DNA of 64,000 nt from the human T2T-CHM13v2.0 reference genome, Homo sapiens, in NCBI RefSeq assembly GCF_009914755.1, contig NC_060931.1; one strand, written 5' to 3'. Each line of letters starts with the position of its first letter. The first letter of the stretch is position 1. Positions 15,101 to 29,128 of this stretch are shown in pieces. The notes beneath the pieces were generated by a model. That model was given only the letters and a program-made list of their open reading frames with translations, was not told where the DNA came from and did no database searches. The position numbers were made by a program, and so were the translations under genes.

Positions 15101-18100
15101 ATATTTAATCAAAAATATTCTGCATTATGTACATATTTAAAGAGCTGCTACATCTATCTACAAGGCAGAATGTTAGGGAAAACTCTAGGCTGGGAAAAAA
15201 TTCAAATATGTTAATTTTCTTACATAAATAAACCTATCACATTGTTCATTGTGGAGTTTAAATATCTGCTGTGCTTTTGTACTAAGAAAAAGATATTTTT
15301 AAACAAAAAATGAGCAGTCTTTTGACTTTTGCACAACTCATGTTTAACGTTCTTTTAAAGTACGTTTTTCTTATTTTCTGGATTAAATCGTGAGAAAGTT
15401 CATCAAATCTTCCTTATATTTTCAAAATACTCTTTCCTATTGTCATCTCCTTAATGTCAACTTTACTTGCACCATTTATTAGCTGACATTGCAGAACAGT
15501 GGGGAAAATGGGGACATGCCAGGGAGAAAGGAGGGACAATTAAGTCCACAATGAATCTAATAGGTTTTGCCTAAAACCTAAAATACACTAAGGATAAGGA
15601 AGAGGGAGTCTAACTTACGAAATCTAACCATTGTCTGGTTTCACATCATGACTTTTAGCTGTTGCTTTTTATTTTAAAATGGAAGACATGCAAAAAAAAA
15701 AAAAAAGGCGGGGGGGTGGGCTAAGCTAATTCTTTCAGCAGAGAATTAATGAAAAGCAGACGGAGGCCTGGATCATAAGTACCAATAAAAGCTTTAGCTG
15801 ACATAGCTTCAGTTTACAAATCCCTGCCTTTTCCTGGCAGGGCTTGGGGAGGGAAGGTGAGGAAGCATGGCATACACAGCCTGGATGAGGAAGATATGCA
15901 GATCTTTAAAATTAAAGATGTTTTCAATGTCTTATTCTAAAATACTTGATTTGTGGTGCCTCTGATAAAATTCCAGTGAAACCTGAGTATGCCACATAGT
16001 CTCTAGTAACCCTCAGAGGAGCCACATCCTCTGTGTTCCCAGTCATACCTGACTTTAACACATACACTTTGTTAAAAGGAGCCCAATCCATAACATGCAC
16101 ACAAAAAGATGTGTGGTTTAGAATCTGCATGTGTTTCCATTTCTTTTTAAACTTGAACATTAGGAGACCCTTATGAGAGTATTAAAAAATAAGCTAGTAA
16201 TAAACAAATATTATGAAGCCAGAGGGATATTAGTTTGATTTATGGCAATTGATACTACTCAAAAACTTTTAATGACAAAATTGGGGCTAGCAGGAACATA
16301 AATCCTCTTGGGTTTAGTTTGTAAGACCTGGAAGACTCCCAAAGAAAAGGAACTGATGAAATCGCTAGATTGAGAGAACAGAGTTGAGAGAGAGACTGTA
16401 GGGAAAGACTGTGTCTCAGCACATTAAACAGCATGAATAAGAAATAGAAGTGGACGCTGAACACAGAGCAAGTCATTAAGGCTGACAGAAAACCTCCATG
16501 TCAGGAGACGAAACCTCGGCCTGTAGGGTGCTGCAATCCAACTCGAAGGCCTGGAGTTGGGTTGAAAGTGTGGAGATGGTTCCCTCTCAAATAGCTGCCC
16601 CCTCCACAGCCTCTCTCCCCCTCCCCCTTCGTTCTTTTTTGGGAAAGGATTTTCTCCACGTTCTCACTGATGCTAAACATAGAACATGTTCCTTCTAGGA
16701 CAGAATTGAGATATGTGGGAAAAGTTGGCTTTTTACTTTCTCACCTTTTTTCCCTTTCCGGATAAGCATAACTGCTTCTTGAAGTTCTCCTAGAACAGTG
16801 GAGGCTTTTAAAAGAAACACTCTCATCTTCCTTCCTGCTATTTGCTGGATTTCCCTCAGGCACTAGTTTTGATCCTTCCATCCCTAAGTGACTTCACCTC
16901 CTCACATGGCTCTCCCTGCTGATGGCTTTCGAAAATGACTTCATCCTCCAACCTCCTCCATCCAGCTGCCCACTTGACATTACCTTGGAACTTAGCTTCC
17001 CATCTTTGCCCCTAAAGCCTGATTTCTCTCTTCCCTTTATTATTATTAAAAACAAACCATTTAAAAACCCTCCCCATTTTTGCCAATTTAAGAAACTTTT
17101 CTGTCATTCTCCCTTTTCTTCTGTTCTTCAAACTCATTGATTCTCAATATTTTTAATACAAATTATTTTAATGGGTAACCCGTGCACATGGCACAACATT
17201 TGAGAGGCAGGAAAAGGCGTATGGTGAAACCTCAACCTCATTCTTAGCTTCCTCAGCTCATCTCATCCCCCAACTTGCTTCCAGGCCCTGGAAGCACTTG
17301 CGGTTGCCAGCTTCTCCTGGATCTTTCCCCCACAGGTTTAAAATGAAAAAAAAAAGAAAGAGAACAAGATCCTAAATGTAACATATTTTGCCCCACTATT
17401 TTCTCAGCTTCCTTATTTGAGAGATTTCTTCATTTATTTCACATGCATTAATCTGTAGACTATTTTCCCCTATGGTCCCTCCTCTTCCGATGTGGATATT
17501 TTCCAAGTCCGTTCGCCTGAACCTCTCTCAGAACATGAACTAATACCCATGAACTATTTTTGCTTGTAAGCATGGCTGAGTCCCACTTCTAGTGGTCCAG
17601 GACAGAAATTTATTCAAAAGAACAAAGCAGAAGAAAACCTCATCCCTCAATTTGTTTATATAATTAATCTATCTTGAGAAACATCCCTCATTTCAATGTC
17701 AGCAGTCACCAGCAGAACCACAGTGAGGAATCAGCATCTAAATGACAATGGTTGTCTCAGAGTCACAGCTGGAGAGAGAATTTTAAAAGATGGATGCACA
17801 GATAGATGGGTGGTTGGATAGAAGGAGCCAATCAACTGTGAAGTGTTACCAAGCCCGAAAATCATATTTCATTTGATGGTAACAACAGAAGCCTGATTAA
17901 TGCATGTGGGAATTTCATTTCAGAGTTATACCAACAGGCTCTTAGGGTCTGCTTCTTTTTAGGGCTCCCTGAACCCATGTAAAATTGGCCCATTTAAGAT
18001 TTTAAGGCTCCTCTCTCTGAGTTCCATTGATCTTGCTTAATTATTAGGAGTGGGATAACTGCTGAAGATGAAGCAGGATTTCTTCACTTGGGATAATTTT

Positions 18101-20219
18101 ATTATACCTGTAACTGTCCTGAAAATTTTATGTTTGAAAGGTAGTACACATATTTTTAAAGCTGTTTTCTGTTTAAGGTTTTCTTTTTATCAATAACTCA
18201 CTAAAGGAGACAAAGCGAAGACACTTTTTGAGGTAAGTGGGATGAAAGTGGCTGAGAATTGTGCACATTTTAGTGAACAGAGCTCCTGCTGACCAGGACA
18301 TAAACCGGTAACATGCCAGCCTCCATTTCCTCATTTCCCTGTTAGATTAGAATTACAGCAGTTCTCTGGAGAACAAGGAATCATCCAACATCTTTTTTTG
18401 CTATTTTAAATCTCAGAACTATGAATGGAAACTACCAGTTTTCTATTGGATCATTCTTCTGATAGCTCAAACACTAAAATATAGATAGACTTAGGACCTG
18501 GGACAAAGGGGATTCTGAGTTTCACTGAGAGACAGGGAACCTATGAAATCATGACAACCTATGACTCCATTATAGGGCCAATACTGCTTGCATAAATCTT
18601 GTTAGGAATGCTTTGTTGAGGGTTAACAAAAATAATTCAATCATTAAAAAATGCTATTCAAAATTCTTTAATATTCCTTGATGACAAACTAACACAGAAC
18701 ACAAGTTTTTCCTAAAGCAATTGTGATTTAGATCTTTCTTTCTAAAATATTAATTTTCCCTAGCCAACTTATAAATCTAGTTTTACGTAAAAGTGGCAAT
18801 CTAGGCAACCACGAAACCATTATTTTTGCAGTCACCGAAGTCTGTTTGTAAAGAAGGATTTGAAGAAAATTCTTTTTGATTCTAACAAAAGCAACTTACA
18901 GTACTATAACGCTATTGGCATTCGGGAAACAGTAGCTACACTGCTCCTGTTTGAAATTTAAATAAAACCCACGCACTATTTTGTATATGTAAGTAAATCA
19001 CCATATTTTAAAATAAAAATAAAAAGTAATGGATCCCTGAAGCATAAATACTTTAAACGAGTGTGCTGGGCTAACCCACCAGGGTACAACTGTCTTCTTT
19101 TATACTGAAATCTAGAAGATGGTAAAAATTACAACATTTCATCTTGGTGAATAAGACGACTAGCTGGGAAAGATGATATGTGAGCTGTTAACCAAAAAGA
19201 AGAAAGTAATCTAGAAGGATGTGTTGCTATGACAGACTTAGGGATAAACTACAGAGGCGAGAGATAGTAACCAGTAAATCATACTACCTGAACATGGTAA
19301 TTTTCCATTGACCCGTAATTTAAGATGATACCTTCTTCAGGAGCTACCAAAAAGAGACAGAGGCCAGCGGAACAGTCAGTGTTGGGTGGGGGTAGGGGGA
19401 GTTGTCACAGGCACTATACATCCCTCTGACCCTGCAGCCAAAAGCATTAAGTGATGAAACATGGAAACAGTCATCCAAGAGATTCAAGCTGCTGAGGCAC
19501 TGAGGAGCCCTTGTTAAGAGATGGGCTCAATTTACGGCAGTATTTTGACCTGGAACTTGATGGTTCCACTCAGTAAAACCTGTTATGTTTTGACTGTTGT
19601 CATCCATGAAATTCTAGAAGCCAAGCTTGCATGTGCCACCCAATACACCTAAACCTTAGGAAGAAAAGCCAGACAATCTGGCAAAAGGAAAACTATCTTG
19701 GACCAGATCAGTTCACACAGATGAGTTCACAGATAATTCACTTTTGTCCAGAGTCCACTCTGAAACTCGAGAGTTAAGCAAGCTTTTCCCTTAAACAATT
19801 AGAGAAATGTCACATGGAAAGATTTAATGCCTCTCAAGAGAGATGTGGTCCTTCCCCCTCCACACTTGAAAAAAATCTGTTTGAAGCCAACATATTAGCA
19901 TTTATAGTATTACAAAACATGCTTAATTTTAAAAAAACTGTATGGATAGTTCCTCTACTTATAGAATTCAAGGAACAGAAATTATGAATTAGTAAGTATA
20001 GATGGTATCTTCTAGGATGTTAATATCAAATGACTCCTCGCTTGCATACCTGAGTCTCATTTTTGTTCAATGGAAGGATTAAATTTCAGTAATACATTTA
20101 TAAGATGCATATTATGTTTATTTATTATGCAATTTGGGTTCGAGGATGTGTAAGACCCGGATTTTACACATTCTTGAACCCCAATTGCATAATAATTAAG
20201 CCTATTTATTTACCTATTT

Positions 20220-20870
20220 GCTCATTTGATAAACATTTATTGAATATCTACCAAGTGGCAGGCTAAGAAGCATGTATAAAGTGCAACAGGAACAGTGCAA
20301 AAGGGTAACAGCCTTGCTTTGGGAAGTCGGCAAAGGCTCCCTGGGGGGTCACGTGGCTTTAAATGATGCCTCAAAGTTTTACAGGCACAAAAGAGGGAGA
20401 AGGGAATTTCTGGTGGGAGAAACAGAGCCTGCAAAGGTCAGAGTGTGTTAAGAATGGGGTGAATGGCACAGATTTTAATGAGGCTGGAAACACAGGGTGT
20501 GCATGTATGTGTGTGGCAGCAGCAGGGAAGAGAGGCGGGAGGGAAATTATTCTAGAGGGAAGCTGGGGTTGGGGGAGGTAGGTCAGAGCCAGCCTGTGGA
20601 GGGCCTAGAAGGCCACACTAACTTTGGGCTTGTCGATTGTCCAAGGAAGGGCCACAGAAAGTTATTAGCCAGGAGAAAGACATGATCACTTTATGTTACA
20701 GAATTGGACTAGCATTAGTGTGGAAAGGGGTGCCAATTATAGTCCTTTAAATTGAGGAAGATCCTAGCTCAGATAAGAGCACTGGGGATGAGAGGAGGGA
20801 ACCAATTCAAGAGACACTTTGGAAGTAGAATTATTAGAAACAAGAGGCCTCCTGCATGTGGAGACTGAAT
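20220..20870. mobile_element. L2 fragment
   Basis: aaacatttattgaatatctac start and typical purine-rich L2 body. Confidence 0.6.
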
Positions 20871-21304
20871 AATGGTAGCAGCTGAGGATCAGCCTCTAGC
20901 TTGGGAAACAGAAAAGGATGTGAGAGAAATGTGCTTAAATGTCTGTCATTTTGGGGATGTGTGTAAATATATTTACTTATTTTGCACAAACGTAACTGAA
21001 AACTTTTCAGGACATAAACACATCATGAATATGTATTTATTTAAACTTAAATATTTCTCACCACGAAGTCGAACTAAAAGCAGAAATAATATAAAAGCTG
21101 TGAAAGTACATCCAGTAGGAAAGGTACAAATTAACAGACCACTATATAATTTCCTAGCCTATCCATTTATAAACGCAAAATTATGCTCAAAAGACAATTT
21201 TTTTTTCAAAGACTCCATCCAACTAAAAGTAGACCACAGAGGGGAAAAAAAAAATCCCTGAACACAAAGGTGGGTTGTCTAACCATTATAGCCAAAGGAA
21301 AAAA

Positions 21305-21470
21305 ATTTTTTTTAATGTTTTATTTTTTGAAACGGGGTCTCACTCTGTCTCCCAGGCTGGAGTACAGTGGCGTGATCATGGCTTACTGCAATCTCTGCCA
21401 CCCAGGCTCAAGGGATCCTCACCTCAGCTTCCTGGGTAGCTGGGATTACAGACGTGCACCACCATGGGCC
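21305..21470 (-). mobile_element. Alu right-arm monomer (AluJ/FRAM-like)
   Basis: gggtctcactctgtctcccaggctggagtacagtgg...accatgggcc; no left arm. Confidence 0.85.
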
Positions 21471-22366
21471 AAGGGAAATTTTAAAGCAAAATGTTCAAGG
21501 GATCCCAGGAGCTCCAGCGAGAGACAGGACAGGCAGCTAATCCTGGGTTGGGAGGGACTCCTGAGACAGTCAGGCACTTTGGAAGTCACCTGCACTTTGG
21601 GTTGGAGGAAGGCCGCTGAATCGTAGAAGAGGAAGTCAGGAGTGGCCTGTCATACCTGGAGACTCCTGTGTGACAAACTGTCAGACAATCCAGAACGATA
21701 AACACCATTTACTCCAGCCCACATTGTGGGGGCAATCCAAGGCTGAGGCCAACCTCCCAGAGAACCCACAGCTGATTTACTTAGCATATGTGTTTTGCTG
21801 GATGTTAATTTTTTTTTTCCCTTGGAGATTCAGCAGTAAATATGGTAACTATAAAAAAGAGTTTCCATTATCTGAGAGCTTGCCTTGTGCCATGTGCCCT
21901 GCTAAGTACCTCCTGTGACTCATGCCCTCTAAAACTCACTGCCCCCCGGTGACGGGCACCTTCCTCAGCTCCAACCTGCAAGGGAGGCTTAGCGTGGTTA
22001 ATGCGTTTGGTAGTTTGTCCAGCATTATGCCCTGAAGAAATGGATCTTCTGGTTTGTAGATCAGGTCTCATTCTACTCTGAGTACCATGGGCCCTGGATT
22101 TCATTTGTTCATAGTGCTCTGTAGGAGTGGGAGGAATGAGGTGGTTTACATAGTGAGCTCTGGAATTGGACTGTCTGGGGCCAAGATGAAAATGTTCTAC
22201 AGTTCCATTGCACAACAATGTAAATACATTGATCACTACTCAACTGGACACTTAAAAATGGCTAAGATGGCAAATTTTATGGTATGTGTTTCTTTTTACC
22301 ACAATTAAAAAATTTTAAAACCTCACACTTTCTTAATCTCAACATGCACCAGAGGTACCTATAAAA

Positions 22367-22589
22367 CAGCAGCCAGCAAACTGTTTTCTATAAAGGGGTG
22401 GCGAGTAAGTATTTTTAGCTTTGTGAGCCATTAGCCTCTGTTGTAACTGCTCAACTCTGCCATGGTATTGTGAAAGGAGCCAGACCACTCATAGTCCTAA
22501 GTGAATGAATAGGCATGGTCATGTTCCAATAAAACCTTTATTTACAAAAACAGGTGGCTGACCTGTGGGCCATAGGTTGCTGACCCTTG
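22367..22589. mobile_element. MER58A-like hAT-Charlie element
   Basis: cagcaaactgttttctataaagg...gttccaataaaacctttatttacaaaaacaggtggc...ttgctgaccc. Confidence 0.8.
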
Positions 22590-22880
22590 CAAAAGTATTC
22601 ATATATAAATAAGAGAAAAATATTACCCATTTGTAAATACCAAAGGCTCCTCTTTGAAAGTGTCCAATAAATTCACCCAATAATTATGCATGAAACATTC
22701 TTATTTTTTTCCAGAGGCTAAGATTAGAGCAACAGCAACAAGAGCAAGCAGACTCAGAAAGACCAGAACTTACTTGAAGTCCCAGGAAAACACCACATTG
22801 AAAAAAGTACATGTCAGTCCTTCTCCAGTATCGACACTTCTCTACAGAAGAGCTCAGTGATTTAGAAAAAAAAATACTAA

Positions 22881-23195
22881 GGCCAGGCACTGTGGCTCAC
22901 ACCTGTACTCCCAGCACTTTGGGAGGCCAAGGTGGGCAGATCACTTGAGGCCAGGAGCTTGAGACCAGCCTGGCCAACATGGTGAAACCCCATCTCTACT
23001 AAAAATACAAAAATTAGCTGGGTGTGGTGGCCCGTGCTTGTAATTCCGGCTACTCAGGAAGCTGGGGCACAAGAAATGCTTGAACCTGGGAAGCGGAGGT
23101 TGCAGTTGAGCTGAGATTGCACCACTGCACTCCAGCCTGGGAGACAGAGCAAGACCCTGTCTCAAAACAAACAAAACAAAACGAAAAACTAAAAA
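22881..23195 (+). mobile_element. AluS
   Basis: Full dimer with (CAAA)n-type tail. Confidence 0.95.
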
Positions 23196-25599
23196 TGTTG
23201 CAGCTGGAAGAGGGCTCAGCAATCACCTTTAGTGGATGAGAAAACTGCAATAGGCCTATCGGACCTATCCAAGTGGTCACAGCTGGTGTCAGCAAGGGCG
23301 GGGACGGAGTGTAGCACCATCCTGACTCTGAGGTCACGCTCCTTCCTCCTCTCCATTTCCAGTCAGGAGCAGCAGCCAGCCAGCCACCAGCTCTGCAAGT
23401 TATCTGTTTCATGCATGTTATTTTAAATGGTCTTGGCTTCACCCTAAAGCTAATTTTTGCTATTTACCAAGTTCCATGGGGAAAATCAATAAAGATGAGG
23501 CTTTCATCCAAAGCCTCATCTCATCCAATTCAGAACTGGAAGCATGGGTGTAATTGTTTGTTCCCTTCCAAGTTGTGCCATGTGAAAACAGCAGGCTTTT
23601 CCTTCGGCATTCACATACTCTAAAAAAGCAGCAACCCACGGGTGGGGTTTGGCAGCTAGAGTCAATCTACTTGAATCCACAAAAAACAGGCACCCCAGTT
23701 AAACAACCAAACCCAAACAACAGGCACACAACAAAACCTACAAATGAAAATGGCGAGTTATGAAACAAATACATTTAAGAGAGCATTAGTTTTACAAAAG
23801 AAATTCTCCTCATAAAAGAACTCAATCCACTGTATAGAATTCTAGAATTAGCAGAGGAAGAGCAGATAATGGAATAAGCCCCCTACCCTACCTCCTTTAT
23901 ATATGAATTAAGCAAAGTCCTGAGAGATATTAGCGCTTAAACATTTAACACTGGTTCACTGTATGGATCCAAACTGGAAATGTTCCCCATTCACTCAACA
24001 CAACTCACTGGCATAGGGGGAGGTGTCCCAGCCCTACCTTAGACACTGAAGTAAAGCAGAAACTGGTTTAATCCAGAGAGCTGAATGGCCCAGGCAGAAA
24101 GGAAAGGCCTTCGTCCTACAGCCTGAGATGGTTGAGCAGTGACACTCTTGCATTACTTAGTGTCTCCAACTCTCATGGGACCTGCCCTCAATTGCTAAAA
24201 GAGCCTGACCTCTGACAAAAACCAATGATTTCAGCAGTAATTAATGATACTGTCAAATTAATTAACCCAAGTCTTTGTTCACAGGAAACCCATCCCCCAT
24301 ATCAATACTGCTGTTTACCAGTCCTTGACCAAGTGCCATAGACCCAAACCTTCACAATCAGGACACCGGAGCACCACTGACTGATGGCCCTAATAAGGTC
24401 CCACCGAGTAAGCCACCAACATTTGTTAATAAACCTTCTCACCACATATCCTTTGATAATATGATTAGTGCATGAACAGTCTCCAAAACCTAACACTATT
24501 TTAAATAGATACGCACCTGCAAATACCAGTGAGTATCACTCATTTCCTATAATACCTTTTAGCTATCCTTTTGAATTATGGTGATGAAACACTAGACAAA
24601 TGCTGTAGGATTTCATTAGCCGTTTAATAAATGGCCCTCATTAAAACACTGGTCCGCTTGTCCTTGTCTATGAGGACTCAGACTCCTATAAATGCCCACG
24701 TATACATTTCTATACTATCTCTTTAGAGGATTCAGGACTATTTTCTTACACCTAACACAGCTTTTATCCCATTTAGAATAATTACCCTCCATCCCATTTC
24801 TGACTTTCAAGAAAAACAAGACACTTAATTGACCACAGGAGGACTCTCTCAAGGGCATTCAGGCTGCGAAAGCTCTGCAGCAAGCTCACAACTTCAGCTG
24901 ATGTAATCTGCTACAAGAAGCTGACTTCTACTTTTAAATCATACCCTTTTACTCTGCCTTCAAAGAGCACATATATCACACGTTGTAACTTTGCTCATAA
25001 AATACCTCGTGGTCTTGGGGTGAATCACGCTGTCAGGAGGAACTTCCAACTGCACACAGCTCAGCCCTGCCCCTTTAAATCCATCCACCTTTTCCTATTA
25101 TGTATTTGGTCTTGAGAACAGCTATGTGCAGCCACACTCTCCAGGTATCCCGTCCCTCATGGTCATATTGACAAGGAGCAGATGCCTGGCAGGGTCCTTC
25201 TTGAAGGCTGGACTCACGCTTTCCCACCTCTTTGTATTTCCACCCCCGACACAGACACTTAATAAATGCTCTTAATGTTGATGTTGAGAGCTCTGTCGTC
25301 AGGCCTCTGTGCTTCACAGGGTGCCAGAAGGAAAACAGATTGCTTTGTTTAACTTCAGGTTTTTCATTCATCATTTCAGTCATGCTCACTGTGTGCTATT
25401 TAAAAGGTTTCTTGGCAATCTGAAGACACTATGAAAAAAGCCTTGGTTGGAAGTGAAAATACACTTGAACTTGCGATTTATTTATGCTTATTCTACTTAT
25501 TTCTAAAGACAATGAAGAGCTCAGCAATTAAAGTGGTGCTACCACGGAATCTGGTAGAGGTCAGAACAGCCCATTTCTCTCTGGTCTACCTCCCCCTTC

Positions 25600-26250
25600 A
25601 TTTCATGGTTACCTTATGTCTCATCCGGGTTTGTGTAAAAGCCTCCCAGTAGTTCTCCCAGCCTCCAAGCTTAGGCCCTCGCAATCCCTTCTCCACCTTA
25701 CAAAGAACACAAACCTGATCATGCCTCCTGCCTTCCCTACACCCTCCCACTACTCCGTCCCCTTAGAGCGGTGTCTTTTCTATTCCAGTCCTGTCTCCCT
25801 TTCTAACCCCATGGTCAGGGCACCCCCATCTCCACACTCACCTCACCTTCTGTGCTCTGGTTCTAAGCACGCTGCTCCTTTCCCCTAAAAGGCCTTTCGT
25901 AAATTGCTTTCTCAGCCAGGAATGCTGCTCTGTTGCTTCTACTCCTTCTACCCAGCTCTTTCCTACCCATCCTTCACATTTTGTTTAGTGCCACCTCCTC
26001 CAGGAAGCCCCTTCCAGGAGCTCCTGCAGCACCACGTGCCACCATAGACACTACTGTTCACCATGCGCCACCACAGACACTACTGTTCACCATGCTGTAC
26101 TATGTTTACTTGCTCTATCCACAGATGACTGCACAAGACAAGATGGCAATGATCAATCTGCCTCCTTACTGCTGTATTCCCCTGGATGCTGCCTGAACAG
26201 GGCCCAGCTTCAATATCATTTGTTGAATGGACAAATAAATGAATGAGTGG
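25600..26250. mobile_element. L2 3' fragment
   Basis: Pyrimidine-rich body ending catttgttgaatggacaaataaatgaatga. Confidence 0.6.
26038..26095. repeat. 29-bp tandem duplication (1 mismatch)
   Basis: gccaccatagacactactgttcaccatgc then gccaccacagacactactgttcaccatgc. Confidence 0.9.
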
Positions 26251-28255
26251 ATACTAAGGAATCCAAATAGGGAGATCACATCCATGAGGTATGAATTAGA
26301 ATTTTGTCTCCACCAGAAAGTGTGAACTCAAAAAAGAGAATTTATAGCAAAATACTACTTTAGCTCAGGATTCATCCTTTAAGACGTGAAGGTGGCAGCC
26401 GGCCCCGAGGAGACTGAAACTCCCCCTCCCACAGTCACTCCTGAGGAGCCACTTGCAGCTGGATAGCTCTCCTAGATGACTCAGAAACACGTTTAGGTAA
26501 CACATCCCTGGGAGAGAAATGGAGACTCTGTTTAAAATGGAATCCTACTGGGACAAAACACTAAAGCTTGCTCAAAGTTAAATGTCATGTTGTAAACTCC
26601 AAGTGAAGGGAAAACTCCACAATTTAAATTCATTCTAAAGAGGGCAGCAAGCCTCACATTAATAACGCAACTTCTTACCTGCAAAACCACATAAGTCAAT
26701 TTCCAAAACATCATGAGGTCAGCTGCAAATGGCGGGAATGCCCTACAGGTTTGAGAAAACATGGGTGTGGCACTTCCAAATCAGTGCCTGGAATCTTGTC
26801 ATCTGTTATGTATGTGCTCATTTGGGGTCAAGTGCTGGACTGGCCCTGGGGTGATGGCTGTGAAGATCCCCAACATGGTTTCTGTCCTTGTGGAGAGTCT
26901 GGTCTAATCAAATATACACTTGAAGACAGGCTTATTTAAAAAAAGATTCTAAGTACACCATGTTTAGCTGTTAAATTGAATCCAGCACACATGGGATTGG
27001 GGAGTAAGGCTTCAGCAACTTCTGCATGGCAAAGGATTTTTTTTTAAAAAAACATGTTTTCCAAAATCAACAGACTGATGACACCAAGGAATGGGTAATG
27101 TTTCAACACTCAAACCAAATGACGAACGGGCTTGGTTTTTATTTCGTCCTTACAGTTAGTAACCACCCCCACAAAACAAAACCAAAAAAAAAATTCCACA
27201 TAAAATTCTTCTGCCTTCCAGAATAATCATATATTTATCTTTATTACCTGGCACATAGGAGGTGTTCAATAAATATTAATTGAGTGAATAAATCACAAGA
27301 GAGGAATTAGTATGAAAGGCCTTTTTCAATTTTAGGTATTCTCTCTTAGAGAAGAAAATTATGTGTATTTTGAATGATTCTGACTCTCATTTACCTCTCT
27401 GATCTTGGGCTAATTTCCTAACATGGGTATCATTTTCCTCGCTTATAAAATAAAATCGGTGTCTTGGTTATTGTGAGGAGTAAAGGAGGCAACAGATACA
27501 AATGATAAGCACTCTGCCCTGCAGGCAATTTTTTTCACCCTCTTCATTCTCCTCAACCCTCAAATAAAGTGCTAAAGACAAACCAAATTATTGGCCTGAT
27601 TAGAAAGTTAGAAAACTTCAAAAGTAGCCTGGGCTCACCAGCATCTAGCTAGCAATCCTTTAAAAATGTTATTTACAATTTTGGGGCTTTGATTTTTCTC
27701 TTCTATAAGATGAGCGAGTTTCACCAGAGGATCATGAGCAGCCTTTTTAGTCCTGATTTTCTATGATTCAGAAGCCTACCTTTTGAAGAAGTCAGATGTT
27801 GCTGACACATGAAGAACATCTGCGATCAGAAATAAAATGGACCCTGCTTTCTCTTCAGAGGGAAGGGTTCTAAATCACAAACCAAGATAAAACTTGACTT
27901 TAAAGAAATCAATCTATATCTAGGTCAAGAATTGGTGACCGTATTCTTAAGGACCAGAAGGTCCCTCCTTCCCTCCACCTCTACACAGCTAACCTCCAAC
28001 GCAAGTGATGGTTCTATTTGTAGCTCTGCAATAATGTACATAATAAGAAATCTAGGGATTTTAAGCAATATCACAATTACAAATGGATCATTTGAAGTGA
28101 GTAAGACAGTTGACACAATATTATGTCAAGCCTAACATTTGGCTGATTCTTTTTTCTTTCACACTCTGAAATATATCCAGGCGACCAAACAAAGAACTAC
28201 CAAGATTGTACACAACAAAAATCTCGCTGCATTTTCATAAATATTCAGTGTAAGA

Positions 28256-28269
28256 CTGCCACCTAGTGG
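28256..28269 (-). promoter_or_regulatory. Candidate CTCF binding site
   Basis: Minus strand CCACTAGGTGGCAG closely matches the CTCF core CCASYAGRKGGCRS; motif evidence only. Confidence 0.65.
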
Positions 28270-28792
28270 TGTGATGTATTCTTGTATGACAAAATCAAAC
28301 TGCTAAATTGACACAATTAAAAAACCAACAAGATTGTTCTTTACTGCTCACCAAATCTTTCAGTGCATATCCAAATCTTTAAGAGCATAGCCATCTCTTC
28401 AGCCACATATTTTCCTCAGAAAAATTTCTGAGGAATGCTGCATGAGTTAACCCTGCAACTAAACCCCACTGCTTCTGAACATATCGCAAAACAAAGGAGC
28501 ATTATTATTCTATTAATTTTAATATGCATTAGCGATTTTAAAAGATTTCCCCAGTAGTCTGTTCTAACCTCCCAGATTCATTTGATCTAATCTTGATTTT
28601 TAGTTATGCATGAAAAGGCATTTAAATGTGACAATCTTACAAAAAGTGCACATTATAAGAAAATCTGACTTCAATTAAAAGCAGTTATGAAATCCCAGCA
28701 ATTTCCAGCTGTCTCTTCTATCTTATCCTTTAGAGAATTATGTATCACATTAATTGGTATTCTGTCACATAAAAAGACACCAGCGATGATTA

Positions 28793-29128
<336 letters not shown>

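Noticed and set aside
26038-26095. 29-bp direct repeats as CRISPR-like
   Set aside because: Two adjacent copies, no spacer, eukaryotic intron within an L2 remnant.
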